DNA from: Macrostomum lignano
Lineage: Eukaryota
Assembly (NCBI GenBank): GCA_002269645.1
Contig: NIVC01003853.1
Coordinates: 9,697-73,696, forward strand
Length of the DNA stretch: 64,000 nt
Direction of reading: 5' to 3'
Shown here one piece after another: positions 24,975 to 35,300 of the stretch. The notes under the pieces are model-generated. The model was not told the origin of the DNA. It worked only from the letters and a program-made list of their open reading frames with translations, and searched no databases. Numbering within the stretch: position 1 is the stretch's first letter; every line of letters begins with the position of its first letter. The translations under genes and the position numbers were made by a program.

Positions 24975-26388
24975 ACAGCAGCAACAACAACAAATAACAA
25001 CAAAATATGCTGTCAGGGTCTCTAGAAGTCAGCGTCAGAGGGCACGACCATGGGCTGCGAGAAATATTCACGGGTCTAAAAATTTTAAAAGAAATTAATT
25101 TTGAGCCGAGAAAAGGAGATTAAAGAGACGAGGAAGTTGCAGAAGAAACACTTCTCCACACCGGAGAGGCAGAATTTGCATTGGTCATCGCGTACGTCTC
25201 TCCTAGCGAAACCTAGCGAATCAGGCATGACCAGAGAGTGACATGGTGATCGCCCTGCAGGTATCCTCACTGTTAACTCTAAATTGAAACTGTGCAATGG
25301 TGAGAGAGTGAGAGGTGGAACCAGCGGATAAGAACCGCTGTAGTTGGTCTCATTGGCCCCGCCTGTCATTCCTGTGCTTACGAGCGTAGATGCCACCCAC
25401 TGGTTGATCAGAGGTGACAGCGACCGCCAGGCAAGGCGGTTAGCGAGTTCGTTGCCAGGGTGCCTCGAGGATCCAATGCTGTGTGATTGGTTTCAGGTTG
25501 AGTGAGTTTGGTGGCTGTGTTGGTGTCCTGAAAAAAACGTTTTAAAGTGTTGAAATTTACTTTTTCACGTTGGTTCCTTTGTATCTGAATATGAATGAAA
25601 ACGGTGTTCTAACTACTATTAGTAATAGGAAACGTTAATGACAATTTGCAATTTAGGGAATATAGATAGAGAGTCATCTATTGTAAGTCGAAAGACTGCG
25701 CTGAATATGACCGCAAGGCTGCACTCTCTTCTGTGAGCCACCTCCCTGCCTGTAGCTACGCAATTGGTGTCCCCAAAGAAATAAAGAAAGCCAAAAATTA
25801 CAACTGAATTAATATTTATTTTAATTGAAAAATTGAAATATCGGAATAAAACATTGTTATAATGATTGTTATACATAGTGTACATATTTCGAGCTATACA
25901 TATTCAAATACAAATTTCCCAAAATTTCCCCGCAGCAGGAACGTCTAGTGCACACTGCAAAAATGTTGTTCAAGCGCAAATTTATTGTCTTGGATAGAGA
26001 TGCATTTTCGGGCAGAGAAAATCCTAACGAAATTAAAATGTCTAGAAACTGGTTAATAGCTCATAATAATATCAAGTTTTCGATAGGGATAACAATGAAC
26101 TCACGGTATTTAGACAAGGCAAGTTTTAAACACTTTGACAGTTCGATTGAAGCATAGTCAAGACATGTCAGACAGATTGCTCTATTCACACATTTTAAAA
26201 TTATCGTTGCAGCCTATCAGCTCATTGACTTTTCATTGCAGCAAAAACACACAACAGGCATGGACGCGGCCTGTTTTCAGTGCGGCATTCACAGTAAAAT
26301 CAAAATGTTAATGGTAACTTCATCATTTAGAGTTAGAGCAGTTTAGTGGGAATTGTTGTTCACGGAGTTGGTAGTCCGTGAAAGACAT

Positions 26389-29300
26389 TCACGGAAGCGA
26401 CAGTCTCGTGGGCATTGCGTTTAAAGGAATATTGACTCCATCGTTGTTGTTTTCAGTAGTAGATTTGGCAGGTCGTCTGCATTTTCTTACAAAATAAAAG
26501 ACGGTCACAGCTACAAGTAAGAGTACAATGGCTCCCACCACAATCATAACAATTCTTGCGCTGCCATCCTGTTGATTCTCTGGGCAGGGTACTCGCTCGT
26601 CGCAGTTGGTTCCTTGCATCACTGGGTTGAACTCAACGACAAGCAGCCGATGCAGGCCCGCAGCTTCATCGCTACTGATTGGAACCAATTCCACTTTTTT
26701 ATTGGAGTTCAGTCCAAGAGCAACTAATTGCATTTGCTGCTCATCCCCAGAAACGTTTCTGTCGGACGGTAGAGGTGAAGATAACGTGGAAAATCAGCCT
26801 CACGATCCTGCCTAATCTCCCAACTCCTTCTAACAATACTCACCCCAAGAAATCGATCAACTCAGACTGGTTGGTCAAATATGTCCAGTTGCTTTTGTGC
26901 GTCAAGTTCCTGTTGCTGCAGTCGAGGTACAACAGCTTCGTGTCACAAACGGCCAAAAATGGCAGTAGTACTTGATGGTCTTTGACTCTGTGTAGCACTC
27001 TGGATGCTGTGGGTGTTGGTTCGGGTAGTTTTGCAAAGTTTTTATCTAGCCTTCATGCAACAGAATTATTTCTATAAGTAGGGATCATACAAAATCCCGA
27101 GTTTCGCCAATCCTGATCCCTGCTGGTATGCAAGATTTGGAGTCAATCGGACAATTTAAAGTCATTTTTAGAGCGTGCTCTGTCTCGGCTATGAAATGAG
27201 GCTCACTTTAAGCGAAATAAACTTTACTATGCTAAACAACTGAGAGTATAAATTTAAGTGTTTAGAATCGAGATTCGAGCCTTGAGAGTTGAGTTGAGAC
27301 TTGAGACTCGAGTTGATAGTTGAGTCATTGACTGTTGACTCGTCGAGTCGAGTGTTGACTCAACCTCACGATGTGTAATAATCATACAAAGTTGTAAAGT
27401 TGTTTTGTAGCTGTAATCAAGCTTCGTAAAAGATCAAAATGCTTAATATTCGAATTCAAATCTAGCCGTTCGGGCAGTAGTGAATCGTGCACTGCATTTT
27501 GATTCTTGGAAAGGACAAGTTTTGGTGTCTTTACAAAATTATAGCAAAAGCAGCTACAGCCTTTTAGCAATACGAGTATTGTTCTTAAACATTTTTTAAT
27601 CAATCAGAAATGCGAAATTCTGACATTTTTGGATTCGAATGAGACAAATATCATTCACACAGACAATGGACTGCGTATTAAATATACAATACCAAGCAAA
27701 AATTAACAAGATATTACTAATTATTACTAATTAGTCATCACTGTCGGTATTGGAAGTTTTCGGGTATTGGATGGTAAATCCCGGACAATTGCAATCCCAG
27801 GATTAAGAATTTTTCGAAATCCAGGGTCATCATAATCTCGGAATTAAGAACAAGGATCACTGGGTGTTCCGTTGCATCAGGATGTAGCACTCATAAATAT
27901 TGCAATTTTGTTTGATGGTTCGCTTCTTCACGTGCATTTAGCTATGCTTTCCTTCAAAAAAGCATTCTCACTTTTTCTCCACACAAACTAAAAAATTGTT
28001 GTGTTTCTTATAATTAATCATATTTAACTAATTTATGTCATTCCATGCAAGAAATATTGCACAGATACCCATTCCTGACTCCTGAGGGTCGCAAACGAGC
28101 GCATGTAAGCCTGTCGATCCCACATGCAGATATTGAGTCGTCGAACCTTGCGTAAGCTTCAAGGGATAAAATGTCAAAAAACCTGGCGAAAAATTATCAA
28201 TATAAGTGCATCTGATTCAGAGATCTATGCATTTAAAGTTTAGCTGCAATGCAAACAAGCGAGCCTTCAAATAATTTTTCAATATCTGAACGTTGTACGT
28301 CCTGATGAAACGATAACTACTATTGGTTCTTGATTCAGAATACCTGGATTTGGGCCTAATATTTTGATCCCGGGATCCCAGGATTGTATTGCCCAGTTGA
28401 TGGGGCATTAATGCTTCGTAGACAAAATATATTTACTCACCGTTCTGTATAAACTCGCCAATTAGGTGTGCATCGCAATGCTGCAGCGGACAGCCACTCG
28501 AGAGCTGCAGGCCATGGCCCAAGGCCGAATCAGCAGGGACCGTCAAGTAGCATCTCCCGCCGTGCCTGAAGCTTGTGCTGGAGTTGCACGACTTCTGGCT
28601 CGTGACAGAGACTGTCAGATTGTCGGATGCAGTCACATTTGTGACATTTGCCAGCTTGGCTGCGATGTTCACTGTGTCCCCACTGCAATGTAGGGTGTCA
28701 ATTATGCACTTCAAATCATTTTGACTGAACTCAACATTGCATAGCTGTTGCATAGCTGGTAGACGGTCAAAACTTTTCAAATCATGTCAATTTAGTCAAA
28801 TCCATCACACACGTCAACACAACTGAAGTACATGCAGTTTAAAACAAAGAAGTCCTTACGCATTCACAAAGATGTAGAGGCCAGAGCTGAGGTTCACTGA
28901 GTTGGCAAAGCCACTTCCTAAATTAAGAATGTAATCAGACCAGTTAGACAATAACACATTTAAGGTATTGTTGTGAATTCGTAACTCAATGTATTTGCCC
29001 TTACTGTAGTCTCTCTCTCTCTCTCTCCCTCTGCCAACCCTCCCCACCCCTTCCATGCTTGCAACTTGTTGTGAGTTATTTTCTTAGAGTACTTTATTTA
29101 TTTTTTGGTGCCACTGCACTAGAACCAATCAATTGATGAACTATTATGGTAGTTGTTTATTTCATAGTTGTTCTTAGTTGTTTATTTCATAGTTGTTCTT
29201 AGTTGTTTATTTGTCCAGCCTATGTCTGCAACTTTCTTACCCCTGATTATTATTATCCCTCCCCCTCCGTGCTCTCTCATTGGCTGTCGCTGTTTTCTGT

Positions 29301-32300
29301 AATTCTGGTTTTCTACCCCCAGTCGCGTTTTGTGTGGCTGCAGCCAATCCCCGCTCGCTCTCTCTGCGCACCCCGCCTTTTCTCTTACCCTGCAGCTTTT
29401 GCCCCACCCCATGTTGTGCTGGCAGATATTTATTGGCGTGCGCTCCTGTCCTCTCCCCCCCCATGCGACCGCTTCTCCTCTGACTTCTTCGCCGCAAATA
29501 GTATATGACAATAAACCAAAAACAAGCGTGCCAACAATCGTGTTCAACCTAGACGCCCAGCGCGCCAAGTATCCGCGCCACAGTAAGTATCGTTCTGTTC
29601 CTGTCATTTCGGGGTCAAGTGCCTCTAGGACTTTGTCACCGGGGCCTGTGCGTTCGCTGCGACCCTGGTTGCTGGCCTACTGCCTGCGCGTTTGTGCGAC
29701 AGTGGGTTGGCAAGCAGCAGGACTGGGGCTGCGTTTTCCTGCTCGTACAGAGCGCAAGACGTAGCTGGCTGGTCCGTCTCGGGACACAACATTGGTGCCG
29801 TGACCAGGATAGGATTGTGCTTGAGGGTGTTTATGAGCTCGTGTTAGAATAGTTTAGATTAGTGCGGCTAGGGATCTGTTTGGAGGAGGGATTGCTTCCG
29901 ATTTGTTAGTGTCGTTTTTACGTCGTTGTTTTTCTGTCGGTGTCGAGCATACGATTGCGCTGTCGTGATGGGAGACGAAGGTGTGAATAGACTGGTGGAG
30001 TTAATGTCCGCGTCAGTTCGTCGGGCGTTGCAGCAGGACATTAACGTGGCACAGAATGTACAGCGGCCAGCGAAGCCCCCGAAGTACTGCATTGGAGATA
30101 ATTTCAGGCTATGGTTGCAGAGGTTCAATGCCTATTGTGAAGCATCGCAGATAGTGGAAGACGATCGCCGGCCTCATCTCCTCAGCTTCTTGGATCTAAA
30201 TACGGCTTTCGCGGCAGTGGAGAATATTCAGCTGGAGGAGGGTGCCACGTATGATGATTTCACAGATGCACTCCTAGAAAGGTTCCAGCAGCACCGCACG
30301 GCCGAGGATTTCAAGCTGGAGCTGGAGTCGCGAGTCCAAAAAGAGGGCGAGACGTATGAGACTTATGCGGATGTGCTGTTAGAGTTAGCAAGGAACGCGT
30401 ACCCAGATGAAGACATGCCAGTCGGAATCATCAACAGCTTTGCCAGAGACCGCTTCAAGAAGGGCATTCGAGCACCGGAACATGTCAAAGAGTACGTTAT
30501 GCTGCAGCAACCCGCCACCCTTACGGATGCGGTTCGTTGCGTGCGACGTAAGGAGGCCGCCGGTCGAGCCGCCAAGCCGACAGGTTCAGAACAGGCTTAC
30601 CGGAAAATTGCTTCGACCGTTGGTGCGGTGAATACCGGAGGCACCAGTTCAGACGGATTAGAAGAACTTCAACAGCGAATTCGAGACCTGGAAGGGCAGT
30701 TGAAGCGGCTGAATCAGGCACCGCCTCCTCAACAGTCTGCTGCACCCTCGTCTTCTGGGTCTGCGCATTCGCGCGGCCCGGGGCCTGGGTTGCAAGGTGG
30801 CAGAGGGGCCTGCGTGTATGGCGCGACCCCTAGTCATCTGGCAGGGCAGCAGCAGAGGCAGGCCGGTGCTTGCTTTCAGTGTGGAAACATCGGCCACCTA
30901 GCGCGCGAGTGCCCGAGTCGCTCCGGAATGATGCAGCAACCGCAGTCAAACCCAGCGGCGAGGACCGGCGGTCCGAGGCGTTGCTACGCGTGCAACCAGC
31001 CGGGTCATCTGGCCAAGAATTGTCGGTCGGGAAACTTCAACAGAGGTCCTGGGAAGGGGAGCCAGGGCCTCTAATCCAGTCAGCCAAACCTCCCCCGTCC
31101 AGTCAGCAGCCGGTCGACACACCAAGTCTGATGATGCAGCCCACCAGTGTGTACGTGTCCTGTCAAATCGGTGGTCAGGTGGTCTCTGCATGTGTCGACT
31201 CGGGCGCTGCTGTGACGATCATAAATGAAGCTTTGCTTCAGAGAGTGGGAAAGACTTGGACAAAATCGCCACCGAGTATTCAGCCTCATAAATCAACAAT
31301 CCATGCTGCCAACGGCAGCCCAATCAACATCAGTGCGATCTGCCAACTTCCGTTAACGATAGGCGAGAGCGAATTGAGTATGACAGCTCTAGTATCCTCG
31401 TCGGTTTCCTACGAGCTGTTAATGGGAGCCGACTTTCTGCTTAAGCACAACTGCCGCATCGATTTTCAAGATGGTGTACTTCACCTAGCAGATGCCAGCG
31501 TTCCGCTACGTTTTCACCAACGGCCTGCGACTGTGTGTCGCATTCTAGCGTCGGAGCGAATTGTGGTTCCGCCTGGAGCAGAGAAGATAGCATCTGGTCG
31601 ATTCTTAATGAAGGGTGGAAGAGGACGATACACGAGAAGCCCAGGAGTAATTGAGGAAAGTCAAGACCGGAAGCGCGCAGGTTCCGCGGTGTTAGCGAGG
31701 TCCTTAGTGATGCCCACGGAAGACGCTCGAGTCCCCGTACGGCTGGCAAACTTCTCGGAGGTTCCTGTCACCATCCGCAAGGGCGAGACAGTTGCGTGGT
31801 ACCACCCGCTCGATCCGCTGCAGCCCATCGCGCTAGCAGCGTTGAGTGAAGCCAAGGATGCAGCTCCGACACTGGAAAAGCCTCGCCAAGAAGAGAGTGA
31901 GGCGGCCGAGGAGCTCCTAGCAGGTCTGAAGAATTGGGGAAGTTGTGGTTTGTCGGCAGAGCAAGAGGCGAAGTTCAAAGCGCTAATCCAGTGCAACAGA
32001 GACGTATTTGCAACCGAACTTGCCGAGGCCACGGTAACGAATGTCAGTGAGCACCGAATCGACACGGGGACGGCAAGACCTATCAAACAGGCTCCACGAC
32101 GACTGCCGCCACATCTTAGAGCAGAAGTTGACGAGCAACTTGATGAGCTTCTGGCGCAAGGAAAAATCGAAGAGGCAATGTCCCCATGGAGCTCGCCAGT
32201 GGTCTGTGTGCGAAAGAAAGACAATTCGCTTCGAATGTGCGTGGACTATCGTCGGGTCAACGACGTGACCGTTAAGGACGCCATTCCGCTACCTCGCGTC

Positions 32301-35300
32301 GATGAAGCCCTAGAAGCGCTACATGGAACAGCCGTGTACAGTTCCCTAGATCTGCGATCTGGCTACCATCAAGTTCCGGTGGCTGCAGAAGACCGAGACA
32401 AGACCGCATTTGCTGTGCCGCACCGCGGACAATTCCGATGGCTAGTGATGCCGTTTGGTGTCACCAACGGCCCAGCAACGTTCAGCCGCATCATGCAAAC
32501 TGTGCTGCACCCATTGGCCTGGAAGATATGCCTCGTGTATCTGGACGACATTTTGGTTTTTTCCAACACCGTGGAAGATCATCTGGCCAGGTTGAGTGAA
32601 ATTTTTCAGCGGCTGAGAAGTGCAAATCTAAAGCTGAATCCGAAGAAGTGCGAGCTGCTCAGTTCCGAAGTGAGCTTTCTGGGTCATCGAGTCTCGGCGG
32701 ACGGCATCGGAACTGACCCAGAGAAGGTCCGAGCAATTCGCGAGTGGCCGACACCATGCACTGTCAAGGATGTGCAAGCGTTTCTCGGCACTGTTGGCTA
32801 CTACCGGCGTTTTATTCAAGATTTTTCGCACACAGCTGAACCGTTGACGGAACTGACGAGATCTACATCACCGTTCCAGTGGGGATCGGCCCAAGAAGAA
32901 GCCTTCCAGCGGCTGAAAGAGGCGCTGACCGGAGAACAGGTCATGGCGTACCCGAACTTCGCTCCAGATGCACCGCCGTTCATCCTGGATACAGATGGCA
33001 GTTCGTCAGTGGGAATCGGAGGCGTCCTATCTCAGCTGCAACCGGACGGGTCGGAGAAAGTCATTGCGTACGGATCACGCACCCTGTCATCTGCAGAGCG
33101 GAATTACTGCACGACCCGCGTTGAGCTCCTCGCTGTAGTCACCTTTATTCGCCAATTCAAGTACTTTCTGCTCGGGAAGCACTTCATTCTTCGAACCGAC
33201 CATAGCAGTCTGCGCTGGCTGCATTCATTCAAGAATGTTGAAGGTCAAGCTGCGAGATGGCTGGAGCAGCTAGCCTGCTTTGACTACACGATCATACATC
33301 GAGCAGGCCGGGACCATGGGAATGCCGACGGGTTATCACGTAGGCCGAGAAGCCACTTTGGAGCAACCACGTGCCCGTCCTGCAAGGAGCAGCCTGAGGT
33401 CGGTGCAGTAACATTCGAGTCGGGACTCCAACAACGCGTCCATGAAGCGCAGCTCAAGCATCCTGAACTACGTCCGCTAAGACAGGCAGTGCAGACAGGG
33501 CGACTAGAGTCGCTTGGAACTGGGCACCCGGGACCAGGAACACCCTACTGGAAGGCGCTGATGGCCAGAAAAGATGAACTGTGCATGGTCAATGACCTGC
33601 TGTGCATCAGGACAGAGAAGAATTTCAAAGTTGTTCTGACGGCAGAAACGACGAATTTGGTCATCTCAGAATTACACAGTGGAGCCAGTGGAGCGCACAG
33701 CGGATTTTTCAAGACGAAGAAAAAAGTGACCTCGCGATTTTGGTTTCCGGGCCTTGGCAGACTGGTAGAAGAGTTCATTCGATGCTGTGTAACCTGCGGA
33801 AAATCAAAGACGAAGCAGCGAGGCCGAGCACCCCTCGAGCCGATTCAAACTGGTGCTCCATTTGAACGTGTCATGGTTGACATTGTCGGACCGCTTCCAC
33901 GAACAAGGAAAGGAAACATGTACGTCCTGACGATTCAAGATGCTTTCACCAAATGGCCGGATGCGTACCCGCTTCGAAACCAGAAGGCTGCAAGCTGTGC
34001 AAAGGTGTTTGTCGAACGCTGGATCAGTCAACACGGATGTCCGCAGTTCCTGCACTCGGATCAAGGCCGAAATTTCGAGTCAAGATTAACTACGGAACTG
34101 TGCTCGTTGCTAGGCATCAAGAAGACAAGAACGACACCGTACCACCCAATGGGGAACGGTCAAGTGGAAAGCTTTAATCGTACGCTCGGCACCAGCTTGA
34201 GAAGCCTGATGGTCGAAAATGGAGCAGCGCAGTCAAGTTGGGAAGAATTTATACCGGCGGTGCTAATGGCGTATCGGTCCAGTGTACATCGAGGAACCGG
34301 CTACACACCGCACTACCTGGTGTACGGTGAGGAGATGCGACTGCCTGTTGACCTGATGAACAAGCCGCCTCAAGTGCAGCCGAGTGAAACAACGGAATAT
34401 GTTGCTGAACTACGTCGCAAGATGCAAGCAGCTGGCGACACCGTGCGGACCAACCTGTCGACGTATCAGAGACAGCAAAAGGATCAGTACGACACGGGAG
34501 CTCGTGGTTCGGGATTCAACGAAGGAGATCTGGTCTACGTGTATCAGCCTTGTCTGGAGACCGGCGAAGCAAAGAAGTTCCATGTGTACTGGACTGGACC
34601 GGTGAAAGTGTTCAAGCGAGAAAGTGCGACTCGATACAGGGTAGGGCACCCGACGAACAACCGGAAGAGGAAAACCGTGCACTTTAACAACTTGCACCTT
34701 TACCGTCGCGCTGAACGGAGCGAGCAAGATGGGCAACGTGTACCGGTCCCTGAGCAACGGGAATCCGATGAGCACAACGAGGAGGAGGATGATGATGAAG
34801 ACGGCGAGAGTGATTGGGTGCAGCTGCCTCAACCCGAAGCAGTAGATTTCGGAGTCCCTGGCAGTCCGGGTAGGCCACCCACGCCAGAGCGTCGTTACCC
34901 GGTTAGAAACCGGGTCCCTACGCAGTTTTTTGGTAATCCCGTGCGTCACTGACCAGTCATGGAGCGAACGCACAGGATGAAGGAGGCAGAAAAGTGCATG
35001 AATTTAAATAGTCGTCTACCTTCTAGCAAGTCAATTGCCGTTTCATTTTTAGTATGTACTACGAAGTCCTGGGTGTCGCATCTGATGCGACCACGCAGCA
35101 GGTTAAGAAGGCTTACTACCAGCGCATACGTCACGCACATCCAGACAAGGTGGGGCCAGGCGCTCGGCGGCAGGCACAAGAAATAAATGAAGCGTATCAA
35201 GTATTGAGTGATCCGTTTCTGCGAATCGTGTACGAACAGTTTGGTCCTGAGGGTGCGCAGGCGCCGAAAATGTTTCTGTCACGACTGAGACTGCCAGCTG

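Noticed and set aside
25180-25520. Possible SINE or hammerhead-ribozyme-containing repeat
   Set aside because: No complete CUGANGA/GAAA core or A/B boxes could be identified by eye.
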